A stretch of 64,000 nucleotides of DNA from Patescibacteria group bacterium (GTDB taxonomy: Bacteria; Patescibacteriota; Minisyncoccia; Phycocordibacterales; Phycocordibacteraceae). The notes under the pieces are model-generated. The model did not search any database. It worked only from the letters and a program-made list of their open reading frames with translations, and was not told where the DNA came from. The stretch spans positions 668,210-732,209 of the forward strand of contig JAZJYZ010000001.1 of the NCBI GenBank assembly GCA_040390125.1. Direction: 5' to 3'. The position numbers and the translations under genes were made by a program. This document shows positions 47,782 to 56,869 of this stretch, piece by piece (the first letter of the stretch is position 1; every line of letters begins with the position of its first letter).

Positions 47782-48864
47782 ATGGAAAACGATGTAAAAA
47801 AGAACCAGTCACGCTTAGGAGGAGTCGCCGTTCGTGCACTCGCTATTTTTGGCTTCCTTGCGATTATCATTGTAGGTATGTGGGGCTCTGTCCAAGTGGC
47901 ACGAGGTGTCCCTAATGCATTCTCATCACTTGCCTCGGCGGTTGCAAGCTTTACTTCAGTCTTCATTCCTGCGGGAGAGAAAATTACTCTTTCAACGGCA
48001 TCATTTACATTAAACTCAAACGAGCCTTTCACTATTTCATGGAGACACGATAAGAAAAGTCTCGACGGCTCATACACCTTCCGCTACGACTGTGCAGACG
48101 CTGTCTACTTCAACTCCCCTACTATTTCTGGTACTCCAGCGACTATTTACTGCAATACCTCTTTCAACTTTTTGAACTCAGGCAACCAGATTACGCTCAT
48201 TCCTGTCTCATCTAATAACCGCTTCGTTGACGTGCAGGTCTTCATTGACTTCACTCCAAACGGCGCTTCCCGCCCTACCGTTACCGGGCAAACCACGTTT
48301 ACTATTGTGAACAATGGCAACACAACCAGCCCAGGAACACTTGCTCCTGCAACTACTACGCCAACCACTGTTACTCCTAAGCCAGTCACCCCAACGCCAG
48401 TAACGCCTCGTCCTGTCACTCCTGGCCCTACACAAACAGGCGTCTACCCAGTCACCGGTGGAGTGGCAGTCTCTGATCCGAACGGCTACGTTGACCTTAC
48501 CGCACGCATCATTGAAGTAGGTATCGTCGACAAGACAACGGGCGTCTTTACCGCAAGCTCAACACCAACCCGTGCAAACAATCGTATTGCGGTACGCTTT
48601 GCAGTCGAGAACATCGGGACTAAGACCTCGCCAACGTTCGACTTCAATGCGGTGCTTCCAACACTCCCTTCAAACATCTTTTCAGCACCTATGCAACAGT
48701 CTCTCGCTCCCGGCGACCGCATTGAGTTCACGGTAGGGTTCGACAGCTTCAATAGCTCAAAGCCAGACGGACTCTTTGTGGTCAACATCGACCCATCAAA
48801 CCGCATCAACGAACGCAATAAGGTTAACAACATCGTGCAGTACACAATTACGACGAGACCGTAA
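47782..48864 (+). CDS. Membrane-anchored surface protein with Thr/Pro linker and C-terminal CARDB-like domain
   Basis: ATG at 47782 is preferred over the TTG at 47746. N-terminal TM AIFGFLAIIIVGMW. TPKPVTPTPVTPRPVTPGP linker. The C-terminus (DLTARIIEVGIV...ENIGTKTSPTFDFNAVLP...SLAPGDRIEFTVGF...INERNKVNN) matches the CARDB pattern. Confidence 0.65.
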   Translation: MENDVKKNQSRLGGVAVRALAIFGFLAIIIVGMWGSVQVARGVPNAFSSLASAVASFTSVFIPAGEKITLSTASFTLNSNEPFTISWRHDKKSLDGSYTFRYDCADAVYFNSPTISGTPATIYCNTSFNFLNSGNQITLIPVSSNNRFVDVQVFIDFTPNGASRPTVTGQTTFTIVNNGNTTSPGTLAPATTTPTTVTPKPVTPTPVTPRPVTPGPTQTGVYPVTGGVAVSDPNGYVDLTARIIEVGIVDKTTGVFTASSTPTRANNRIAVRFAVENIGTKTSPTFDFNAVLPTLPSNIFSAPMQQSLAPGDRIEFTVGFDSFNSSKPDGLFVVNIDPSNRINERNKVNNIVQYTITTRP

Positions 48865-48898
48865 GTAGGCTTTAGCCATTAGGGTATAGGGTTTAGTC
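48865..48898. repeat. tagggtt/tagccat heptamer element after the CARDB gene stop
   Basis: gtaggctttagccattagggtatagggtttagtc, the same 7-mers as the 9151-9191 element. Confidence 0.6.
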
Positions 48899-48925
48899 AA
48901 AAAGAATAAATTAAAATAAAAAGAT

Positions 48926-49060
48926 ATGAATGAATCAATGATGGAATGGTCTTTGGGACGTGCGACCGATGAAGGTAATTCACGCACGACCCGCAGACGC
49001 AGAGGTGCAGCGAGAGCGGGACTGAGAAAGCATTTTGAAGAACAATCACGTAACATATAA
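48926..49060 (+). CDS. Arg-rich micro-ORF (44 aa), doubtful
   Basis: MNESMMEWSLGRATDEGNSRTTRRRRGAARAGLRKHFEEQSRNI. Below the ORF-track cutoff. Followed by a terminator at 49115. Confidence 0.2.
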   Translation: MNESMMEWSLGRATDEGNSRTTRRRRGAARAGLRKHFEEQSRNI

Positions 49061-49114
49061 TCCGACGGGTGCGACCTGCCCTGAGGTCCGTTGCGGACTC
49101 GAAGGGACTCCAAG

Positions 49115-49146
49115 CAAAAAACTCTCCTTAGCCGGAGAGTTTTTAA
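49115..49146 (+). terminator. Bidirectional intrinsic terminator aaaaaactctcc-ttagcc-ggagagttttt
   Basis: 8-bp stem extended by A/T pairing and followed by a T-run. Lies between the CARDB gene and the palindrome cassette. Confidence 0.6.
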
Positions 49147-49186
49147 TTATGTATATTTTTTAATTTCATATCTTAATCACTGTCAT

Positions 49187-49220
49187 GTCTAAAAAATTAC
49201 CATATGGTAATTTTTTAGAC
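49187..49220. repeat. 34-bp perfect palindrome gtctaaaaaattaccat|atggtaattttttagac
   Basis: Exact reverse-complement symmetry centred on catatg, in an AT-rich region upstream of the 49355 ORF. Possible operator. Confidence 0.85.
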
Positions 49221-49244
49221 AGGTCATGTAGTGTGTGACTCTAC

Positions 49245-49266
49245 CCTATACGATCGATCGTATAGG
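49245..49266. repeat. 22-bp perfect palindrome cctatacgatcgatcgtatagg (left flank of the cassette)
   Basis: Exact palindrome. A near-identical copy ctatacgattgatcgtatag is at 50035-50060 on the other side of the 49355..49990 gene. Confidence 0.85.
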
Positions 49267-49354
49267 TTTCTAAGCGAATAGAGGCCTTAGACTGAAGGCT
49301 TTTGATTTCTAGGAATACCGTGATACCTTTCAACATAATTCACAGAGAAAACAT

Positions 49355-49990
49355 ATGGGGGATATGAATTTTTTTGAAACGGGGGGGGTGCAGGCAAACC
49401 TTAAAGATAGGCACGAAGAGCTTTTATCGGATGCACCAAGAGTGCAAGAAACTCTGCGAAGGCGAGCTGTATGGTTAGAGTCTGAGCTGGAGTCTGAAGA
49501 AAGAAAAAACACCTGGCAGAAATTTTGGGGTGCGTTATTAAGTCTCGATGGTCCAGAACAAAAGCTTTTTTTAAAAATACTGCGAGAAGGTGGCGGCGGC
49601 GGACGACCACTCCAACACAAAGGTGCGGTAAAAGGTCGGAAAAGAGGCCCCTACAAAAAAGAAAATCCAGATGCTCTAACGTCATCTGCAAGACAACTAG
49701 GGAGGCCTCGCCAAGAGAAAACAGTCAAAGAAATGTTACCTATTGCGATTCTCCCAAAAACAGAGCACGCAGGACATCCCAGAGAAGAAGTGGACATCGG
49801 GCCTCTTAGGGGAGGAATAAAAAAGACTTCTGTCTCTTCAGTCTCTGAACAAGACATAGCGAAGGCCGTCCAAAATCTCCGTTCCCATACAGGAAACCCT
49901 CTTGCAAGAAGAAGCGTGCGAACATTTTCAAATATTTTTAATGGGGCAGAAGAAATTGACTGGGGAAGATTTTTCAAAAAAATGAGGTAG
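49355..49990 (+). CDS. Basic hypothetical protein (211 aa) with a G8 homopolymer in codons 8-11
   Basis: ATG ORF MGDMNFFETGGVQ.... G8 run at 49381-49388. Rich in R/K, includes a GGGGG stretch. No family recognised. Flanked by matching palindromes. Confidence 0.5.
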   Translation: MGDMNFFETGGVQANLKDRHEELLSDAPRVQETLRRRAVWLESELESEERKNTWQKFWGALLSLDGPEQKLFLKILREGGGGGRPLQHKGAVKGRKRGPYKKENPDALTSSARQLGRPRQEKTVKEMLPIAILPKTEHAGHPREEVDIGPLRGGIKKTSVSSVSEQDIAKAVQNLRSHTGNPLARRSVRTFSNIFNGAEEIDWGRFFKKMR

Positions 49991-50034
49991 AGAAAAAATG
50001 AAACCGGAGAAGTAAACTATACGATTGATCGTAT

Positions 50035-50060
50035 AGTTTAAGTTTATGTACATATGAAGT
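50035..50060. repeat. Near-palindrome aaactatacgat-tg-atcgtatagttt (right flank of the cassette)
   Basis: Differs by one central base from the core of the 49245 palindrome. Confidence 0.8.
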
Positions 50061-50082
50061 GAATAAAAAAATACTACAGTTA

Positions 50083-50118
50083 ACTGTAGTATTTTTGGTG
50101 TCTTCCCTAAACCCTAGT
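50083..50118. terminator. Bidirectional intrinsic terminator A7-atactacag-ttaa-ctgtagtat-T5
   Basis: Perfect 9-bp stem with flanking A and T tracts. Shares the core ctacagttaactg(t/c)ag with the terminator at 5671. Serves the cassette gene (+) and gyrB (-). Confidence 0.7.
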
Positions 50119-50130
50119 GACTACTGGCTA

Positions 50131-50141
50131 CCCCCCCCCCC
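50131..50141. repeat. C11 homopolymeric tract
   Basis: ctggctaCCCCCCCCCCCtagc between the terminator and the gyrB 3' end. Confidence 0.8.
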
Positions 50142-50174
50142 TAGCTGTGGAGTGTTTTTTATTTGCCTTTTAAT

Positions 50175-50218
50175 CTAAAAAGCTGAAAGCTAACAGCTGA
50201 AACCTGAAAGCTAAAAAG
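50175..50218. repeat. agctgaa-type heptamer element abutting the gyrB stop
   Basis: ctaaaaagctgaaagctaacagctgaaacctgaaagctaaaaag. Confidence 0.7.
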
Positions 50219-52291
50219 TTAGATATCCAACGTCGCTGCTTTCGCATTCGACTGAATGAATGACTTTCTAGCTGGAACATCCGTGCCCATGAGGATGTCG
50301 AACACTCTGTCAGCGTCTTGTCCGTCCTCAACGTTTACTTGCTTCAAAACACGGCGAGCAGGGTCCATGGTGGTCTCCCACAACTCCTCTGGGTTCATTT
50401 CTCCCAATCCTTTGTAGCGTTGAATGGTTGGCTTTGCCTGCTTTTTAGTAGCCTTGCTTTCGCTCTCTTCTTCGGTTTCTTCTAAGTCAGTTTCCTCTAA
50501 GGATTCTTCAGTATTGAATTCTTCGCTCTTAATGCCACGAGCCTTTAGAAGTGCTTCCAATTCTGCTTCAGTTTGTAAGTAAAAAACCTCCTTACCAAAT
50601 TTTGCTTTGAAGAGCGGCGGCTGTGCAATGTACAAGAAGCCTCCGTCAATCACCCCACGGAAATAGCGATAGAAGAGCGTTAACAAAAGCGTGCGGATGT
50701 GTGCACCGTCTACGTCGGCGTCTGTTGCAATAATTATCTTGTGGTAGCGGAGTTTTGAAATATCAAACAAATCCCCTATCGCAGTACCCATTGCAATAAC
50801 CAGATTTTTAATTTCGTTAGATGCAAGCATTTTGTCGAGACGTGCACGCTCCACGTTCAAAATCTTTCCTCGAAGTGGCAAAATTGCTTGTGTACGCCTG
50901 TCCCGCCCTTGTTTTGAAGAGCCACCTGCTGAATCTCCCTCGACGATAAATATCTCTGATTCCCATGCGTTCTTTGTTTGGCAGTCAGCAAGTTTGCCTG
51001 GCAGTGTCATGCCGTCCAAGGCACCTTTGCGAAGCACAGAATCTTTCGCCGCTTTTGCAGCTTTGCGAGCTTTTAATGCAAGAAGCACTTTTCCGATGAT
51101 TGAACGAGCTTCATCGGGATGCTCCTCCAAGAACATGTTAAATCCCTCACTGAATGCAGTTTCAACTGCACCACGAGCTTCTACACTGCCTAACTTGCCC
51201 TTAGTCTGACCTTCAAATTGAATCTCACGAAGTTTTACTGAAATGATCGCAGTCAAACCTTCCAAAACATCTTCGCCGGTAAAGTTTTCGTCTGCCTCTT
51301 TTACAATATTATTTTTACGTGCGTATGAATTGAGCGTTCGAGTGAGTGCGGTTTTGAATCCTGTCACATGCGTTCCCCCTTCAGCGTTGTAGGTATTGTT
51401 GGCAAACGCCGTAATGCGTGCAGAAATATCGTCAACGTACTGCAATGCCACTTCTACTTGTACGTTATCTACTTCTTTCTCCACGTAGAAAACAGACGAG
51501 TGCACTGGTTTTTGAAAGCGGTTGTTGAAGGTGACGAGCGACTTCAGACCCCCCTCAAAATAGAATGTCTGGGACGGCACAAGAAGTCCCAAATCCCGGA
51601 AGTAACGCACATCAGCGAGGTCAATCTTTCCTGGGTATTCTCTCGCATCAATAATAGAAATACGCACACCCTTCACGAGGTACGCCTGCTGACGAAGGTG
51701 TTGCACAATTTTATTGAAATCATATTCAATAACAGGGAAAATCTGTGGATCAGCATCAAAAGTAATGACACTGCCACGCCAATCTGAAGAGCCTACCTTT
51801 TTTACTTTTGCACGTGCTTTGCCTCGGTCGTACTCCTGCAAATAGTAGCCACCATCACGATGAATTTCTGCCTTAGTGTAGGTTGAAAGTGCGTTCACGA
51901 CAGATACACCCACACCATGCAAACCGCCTGAAACTTTATAACCATCTCCACCGAACTTACCACCAGCGTGGAGAGTGGTCATAATAGTTTCAAGTGCTGA
52001 TACTTTTGTTTGCTTGTGAATGTCGACGGGAATACCACGGCCATTGTCAGCATTACGAATTCGGTTGTTAGGAAGAAGAGTTACTTCAATATCATCTGCG
52101 TGATTACCCATCGCTTCATCACGCGAGTTGTCGAACACTTCCCAGATGAGGTGATGCAACCCGTCCAAACCGGTTGTGCCGATATACATTCCGGGGCGCT
52201 TCCGCACTGGCTCCAAGCCCTCGAGAACGGTAATAGATTCAGCACTGTACCCCCCTGACTTTTTAGCTTCTTTCTTTGGTGTTTTTGCCAT
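50219..52291 (-). CDS. gyrB: DNA gyrase subunit B
   Basis: GHKL ATPase motifs HHLIWEVFDNSRDEAM and LHAGGKFGG. TOPRIM EGDSAGGS. C-terminal QRYKGLGEM. The ATG at 52291 (MAKTPKKEAKK...) is preferred over the GTG at 52336. Confidence 0.93.
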   Translation of the reverse strand: MAKTPKKEAKKSGGYSAESITVLEGLEPVRKRPGMYIGTTGLDGLHHLIWEVFDNSRDEAMGNHADDIEVTLLPNNRIRNADNGRGIPVDIHKQTKVSALETIMTTLHAGGKFGGDGYKVSGGLHGVGVSVVNALSTYTKAEIHRDGGYYLQEYDRGKARAKVKKVGSSDWRGSVITFDADPQIFPVIEYDFNKIVQHLRQQAYLVKGVRISIIDAREYPGKIDLADVRYFRDLGLLVPSQTFYFEGGLKSLVTFNNRFQKPVHSSVFYVEKEVDNVQVEVALQYVDDISARITAFANNTYNAEGGTHVTGFKTALTRTLNSYARKNNIVKEADENFTGEDVLEGLTAIISVKLREIQFEGQTKGKLGSVEARGAVETAFSEGFNMFLEEHPDEARSIIGKVLLALKARKAAKAAKDSVLRKGALDGMTLPGKLADCQTKNAWESEIFIVEGDSAGGSSKQGRDRRTQAILPLRGKILNVERARLDKMLASNEIKNLVIAMGTAIGDLFDISKLRYHKIIIATDADVDGAHIRTLLLTLFYRYFRGVIDGGFLYIAQPPLFKAKFGKEVFYLQTEAELEALLKARGIKSEEFNTEESLEETDLEETEEESESKATKKQAKPTIQRYKGLGEMNPEELWETTMDPARRVLKQVNVEDGQDADRVFDILMGTDVPARKSFIQSNAKAATLDI

Positions 52292-52475
52292 TTTGATATA
52301 AAAAAGAGCCCTTTCTAGCTCCTCATATTTTAGCACATTTCAGACTCCTTTTCCGCCCTTTTTACCCCCTGTTTTCGGCTCATTTCTTAGGTTATTTCCA
52401 TAACATATACGCCCATCTAACGTTGCTCTATTGTCTAATTCCCGGGAATAGTGGAATAGTTAGAATTGAGTCTTC

Positions 52476-53738
52476 CTAAATTCCCCAATTCGCACCGATA
52501 TCTTTTCGATACTGCAGACCATCAAACGTGATGCCTGAAACAGCCTGATATGCCTTTTTAGTCGCCTCTTCAGAGGTTTCGGCAGTTGCACTTACACTGA
52601 GCACTCTTCCTCCCGCAGTAATCACTTCTTTTTCTGTTTTCTCAGTTCCTGCATAAAAAACAACAACCGATGAATCGGCAATGGTGTCCAAGCCCTTTAT
52701 TGCGAACCCACTCGTATATTTTCCTGGGTATCCACCTGAAGCCATCACTACCGTACACGAAAAGTTTTTACTCCAACGAATTTCCCGGTTCACCAACCTC
52801 CCTTCCGCACAGTCGAGCATAATGTCCAGAAGGTCTGACTCGAGGAGCCTCATATACGATTGTGCCTCTGGGTCGCCAAATCGAGCATTAAATTCAATCA
52901 CACGAATACCGGCCTTTGTGATCATGAGTCCTGGATACAAAACTCCCTTGAAAGGAGTACCTTCATCCGCCATACCCTTAATGACAGGGAGTACTATTTT
53001 TTCTTCAACCTCTTTTAGAAAATCTGCGGAAACCGAAACTGGTGCTATGACACCCATACCTCCAGTGTTTGCGCCGGTATTACCGTCTCTCGCCCTCTTA
53101 TGGTCACGAGCGACAGGAAACAATTTCGCAGTGGTGCCATCGCAAAATGCATGAATCGATACTTCAGGACCTTCTAGAAATTCTTCAAATACCACAGTTT
53201 TTCCTGACTCGCCAAATGCCTCATCAACCATGAACGCCTTCAGTGTGCTTTCGGCCTCCTCGTGTGTTTGTGCTATCACCACACCCTTCCCCAATGCAAG
53301 CCCGTCTGCCTTAATGACAATAGGTAGTACTTGAGTTTTTGCGTAAGCAAGTGCTTCGTTGAATGTGGTGAATGTTGCAGACGAAGCGGTCGGGATTCCA
53401 TGCCGATTCATAAAGTCTTTGGAAAATGCTTTTGACCACTCCAACTTTGCGCCTGCCTTCGTGGGACCAAACGCAAGTACACCAGCCGTAGCTAAAGAAT
53501 TAACAATCCCAGAAGCAAGAAAATCATCGGGGCCAACCACCACAAGACCAATATCTTTCTCTTTGCAAAAACTAATAACGGCCTTGTGATCTTGTGTATT
53601 AATAGAAACATTCTCCCCAACGAGCAGAGTGCCCGCATTGCCTGGTGCAATATACAGTTTCGTACAGCGAGGCGACTGCGAAATCTTCCATGCGAGTGCA
53701 TGCTCTCTTCCCCCTCCTCCGATAACCAAAACATTCAT
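52476..53738 (-). CDS. purD: Phosphoribosylamine--glycine ligase
   Basis: MNVLVIGGGGREHALAWK N-terminus and an ATP-grasp core. Confidence 0.9.
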   Translation of the reverse strand: MNVLVIGGGGREHALAWKISQSPRCTKLYIAPGNAGTLLVGENVSINTQDHKAVISFCKEKDIGLVVVGPDDFLASGIVNSLATAGVLAFGPTKAGAKLEWSKAFSKDFMNRHGIPTASSATFTTFNEALAYAKTQVLPIVIKADGLALGKGVVIAQTHEEAESTLKAFMVDEAFGESGKTVVFEEFLEGPEVSIHAFCDGTTAKLFPVARDHKRARDGNTGANTGGMGVIAPVSVSADFLKEVEEKIVLPVIKGMADEGTPFKGVLYPGLMITKAGIRVIEFNARFGDPEAQSYMRLLESDLLDIMLDCAEGRLVNREIRWSKNFSCTVVMASGGYPGKYTSGFAIKGLDTIADSSVVVFYAGTEKTEKEVITAGGRVLSVSATAETSEEATKKAYQAVSGITFDGLQYRKDIGANWGI

Positions 53739-53753
53739 ACCGTTAACAGTATA

Positions 53754-54584
53754 CTAGCGCTCCTTTGTAACCTGCACGCTCATCTGCGGAACAGGAATGG
53801 TAATTTTTTCAGCCTCTAGGGTTTCCTTAATTTTTTCAACAACCATAAACAGTGTTGCACGCTCCTTGTCGGCATTATCAACCCACACACGAGCGAGCAT
53901 TTTAATGGCTGAATCACCAAAGCCTTCGGCAACAACGCTCGGCGCCGGTTCTTTGCGTACTCCTTTGATTTCGCTGAGTGTCTTTACAAGCACTTCTCGC
54001 ACACGAGGGACTGATTCTTGGTATGCAATGCCAAACGGCACCGCAATGCGAAGCTCTCCGTGAGATGAGTGATTGATCAACACTTCGTTTGCAATCTTCT
54101 GATTTGGAATAACTACGAACGTGTTATCGAGCGTACGAATACGTGTAGTACGCATCGTTATCTTCTGCACCCTGCCATACATGTCACCCACCGTAATCCA
54201 TTGGCCGATCTTGAATGGCTTATCCACGTAAATGAGAACGCCAGAGATAATGTTGGCAAGCGTGTCCTGTGCGGCAAATCCAAGTGCAATGCCGGCAATA
54301 CCGAGGCCCGCAACCGTAGCCGCAAGATTAATACCAATCTGCCCTGCAGCGATAACCACTGCTATAAGAAAAAGAAGTACACGATAGACGGTATTGACGA
54401 GAAGCTCAGCATTTACTTGCTGAACGCCTCTCCACGCTAAGAGGCGCATCAAGGGACGCTTAGTGAAGTGGTATATCACCCAAAAGACGAGCAGTATAAA
54501 AAAAGCAGAAAGAAGCTTCGGGAGCGATATGGTGAGTGCGGATATAAAACCCTCACTGTTAAATGCTTTACTAATTGCGTCCAT
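53754..54584 (-). CDS. Small-conductance mechanosensitive channel (MscS family)
   Basis: Three TM helices then the MscS beta-domain signature IGQWITVGDMYGRVQKITMRTTRIRTLDNTFVVIPN. Confidence 0.85.
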   Translation of the reverse strand: MDAISKAFNSEGFISALTISLPKLLSAFFILLVFWVIYHFTKRPLMRLLAWRGVQQVNAELLVNTVYRVLLFLIAVVIAAGQIGINLAATVAGLGIAGIALGFAAQDTLANIISGVLIYVDKPFKIGQWITVGDMYGRVQKITMRTTRIRTLDNTFVVIPNQKIANEVLINHSSHGELRIAVPFGIAYQESVPRVREVLVKTLSEIKGVRKEPAPSVVAEGFGDSAIKMLARVWVDNADKERATLFMVVEKIKETLEAEKITIPVPQMSVQVTKER

Positions 54585-54686
54585 ATTTCGAGCGTATCAT
54601 GAATTATTAATTTACGTTGAAAGGTTTATCTATACATTTCTTACTTTGATAGCCACACACAAAAAGTTAACATCTAAAATCTGAGT

Positions 54687-56456
54687 TTATCTCACTTCCC
54701 AACCCTGACTAGTAAGCCAGAGCGTCACCGACGCCATCCAGCCATTTGCTTCTTCATCGGTGAGGGTGCTTTCATCTGATTGAAATACAAGCCTGAACGC
54801 AAAGGACGTTCTTCCCTCTTTTGAAAATGTATCAAACAGTGTGCATCTCACAAGCATGGGCCCCGCATTCTGCATTATGTTGGACCTCGTAGATTCCACA
54901 TCAGTGGTGTCGGGAGCCCAAAAGGCAACATCCCGCACAATGAACGGATACAGAGAGAAAGGCTTGTACGGGCTCAAAACATACCGCTTGGGAACAAAAT
55001 CTCCGTCCGGTGCAATCTCTGGAATGTCCGGCACAGGCTCAGAAGTTTGAACAGCAATGCGTTCGCTATCTTTTGAAAATACCGTTCCCACCTCGAAGAC
55101 TTTTGACTCCACATTCGGAGCTACTGTAATGGGCGCATAGAGCTTTGCCTTCAGAAGAGCTTCTTTAAGATTTTCTGCAAGTGTGGTGCGAAGTGCCGGC
55201 TTCGTTTTGTCTAGTGGGTTTGCGAGCCACACTTCCCCTTTCTTTGCAAAAGACTGTGTAGACACTTCTGTGAATCCACGTTCAACCAAAAAGTCTTTGA
55301 CCCGTTCAATGCCACGAAACTTTGCTTGATCGACAGCTTCTGTAGAAGACAATTCAACAGCTTGTACACGGTCATACCCTAGTATGCGACCAACCTCTTC
55401 GACAATGTCTTCTGGAAGCGTAATATCTGTTCTTTCAAAAGGAGGAGTCACTGTAAACACTGTGCCCGCTACAGTTGTTGGAAGATCAAGACGACGAAGT
55501 ACATCCGTAACTTCGCTTTCTTTAAAATCTGCTCCCAGGATTGCATTGATACGTATCAGAGAAACGATAACTGGTGCACTCTGTGCAGGTTTTTTTGGAT
55601 ACACATCAACGACGCCCACGAGCTCCCCTCCCGCAACCTGCTTTAGGAGTGCAAGAATCGCATGCATACCATAGGCAGTAAGTTCAGGCGTTGGACGATT
55701 CTGATAGCGCTGTGAGGCATCAGTAAAGAGCTTCAGTTTTTGAGATGCTTTTCTGATGAGGGTACCATCGTAATTACCAACGGAAATGAAAAGATCGGTC
55801 GTGGATTCGGTGACTCCAGAAGTAAGTCCACCCTTGATTCCTGCGATATCAAGGAGAGACCCGCCAACAGCATCGGTGAAAGTAAACATTTCTTCAGTGA
55901 GCGTATATTCCTCTCCAGTAAGAGTCGTAATTTTTTCTCCAGTCTTTGCCCGTCGAATGTTGATTTTTACAACACCATTTTCGAGCTCCATCTTTCCAAC
56001 ATCGAACGCACCTGAGGGCTGACCAATATCAAGAAGAACGAAGTTGAGAACATCAACCACGTTATTGATTGAACGCTGACCTAGGGATTCAAGTGCATCT
56101 TTCAACCATGCCGGAGATGCACCTACTTTCACTCCTTTTACTAATGCTCCGGTGTGTCGAAGAACGTAGTCTGAATCTACCTCCACCGTAAGTTTGTCCG
56201 TCGTCGGAAACACTTCAAGTGGTTCCCGAAATGGATCATATTTAATCGGTATATTCAAAATTGCAGAGAGGTCTTTGGCAATGCCTCGGTGCGACAAACA
56301 ATCTGCTGCACGGTTTGGAAGTACTTTTACATCGAGAATATTCCCTTCGACCCCATCAATCTCGAAGGAGTGAAAAGTAAACGCATCTGCAATTACCTCA
56401 ACGCTCGGTAGTGGTTTTTCAAAGTATTTCTGAAGCCAATCGGTTGAAATTTTCAT
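54687..56456 (-). CDS. pheT: Phenylalanine--tRNA ligase beta subunit, short form lacking the N-terminal tRNA-binding domain
   Basis: 589 aa. B3/4-like and B5 regions and a C-terminal catalytic-like fold. Same operon as pheS. Confidence 0.8.
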   Translation of the reverse strand: MKISTDWLQKYFEKPLPSVEVIADAFTFHSFEIDGVEGNILDVKVLPNRAADCLSHRGIAKDLSAILNIPIKYDPFREPLEVFPTTDKLTVEVDSDYVLRHTGALVKGVKVGASPAWLKDALESLGQRSINNVVDVLNFVLLDIGQPSGAFDVGKMELENGVVKINIRRAKTGEKITTLTGEEYTLTEEMFTFTDAVGGSLLDIAGIKGGLTSGVTESTTDLFISVGNYDGTLIRKASQKLKLFTDASQRYQNRPTPELTAYGMHAILALLKQVAGGELVGVVDVYPKKPAQSAPVIVSLIRINAILGADFKESEVTDVLRRLDLPTTVAGTVFTVTPPFERTDITLPEDIVEEVGRILGYDRVQAVELSSTEAVDQAKFRGIERVKDFLVERGFTEVSTQSFAKKGEVWLANPLDKTKPALRTTLAENLKEALLKAKLYAPITVAPNVESKVFEVGTVFSKDSERIAVQTSEPVPDIPEIAPDGDFVPKRYVLSPYKPFSLYPFIVRDVAFWAPDTTDVESTRSNIMQNAGPMLVRCTLFDTFSKEGRTSFAFRLVFQSDESTLTDEEANGWMASVTLWLTSQGWEVR

Positions 56457-56503
56457 AATTAGAAAGTGGAAAGTAGGATATAGAAGGTAGATAACAACAT
56501 AGA

Positions 56504-56860
56504 TTATTTGTGAAGATATTTACGATAACCACCGATTAATGCTCCGAGATTCTTCAGCTTTTCCTTCAGAGATTCATATTTGGCTGTATCAATAAAGGAT
56601 AACTCAAAAGAGACAGCGAGAAGACTTTCTACTTCATTAAGAGAGCCGAGTGCCATATCAATGAAACGGCTATTATCTTTCTTTGATCCACGTCCTGCCC
56701 CTTCTGCAATATTTGAAGATATAGAAATAACGGCACGCCTTAATTGAGAAGTAAGTCCGAACATTTCTTCTTTTGGAAATTTACCCGTAAGAGAATATAT
56801 CTCAGTGGCAAGTACTACCGCTTCTTGCCAAATTTTTAGGTTTTCGTAAGTTTTTGCCAT
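56504..56860 (-). CDS. Four-helix-bundle protein (23S rRNA intervening-sequence protein family) inserted between pheS and pheT
   Basis: 118 aa. MAKTYENLKIWQEAVVLATEIYSLTGKFPKEEMFGLTSQLRRAVISISSNIAEG matches the conserved N-terminal pattern of this family. Confidence 0.75.
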   Translation of the reverse strand: MAKTYENLKIWQEAVVLATEIYSLTGKFPKEEMFGLTSQLRRAVISISSNIAEGAGRGSKKDNSRFIDMALGSLNEVESLLAVSFELSFIDTAKYESLKEKLKNLGALIGGYRKYLHK

Positions 56861-56869
56861 ATCTACTTT

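Noticed and set aside
49381-50141. G8 and C11 homopolymers as simple sequencing or assembly artefacts
   Set aside because: This cannot be excluded from sequence alone and remains a caveat. They are kept as findings because the reading frame is intact with G8 and both tracts sit in a structurally unusual cassette.
52292-52336. Alternative-start extensions reported by the ORF track: gyrB GTG at 52336, gnd TTG at 21370, nusB TTG at 33571, CARDB gene TTG at 47746, and 25852..26232 GTG
   Set aside because: In each case a downstream in-frame ATG gives an N-terminus matching the conserved protein start and avoids overlap with neighbours, so the shorter ATG-initiated models were used.
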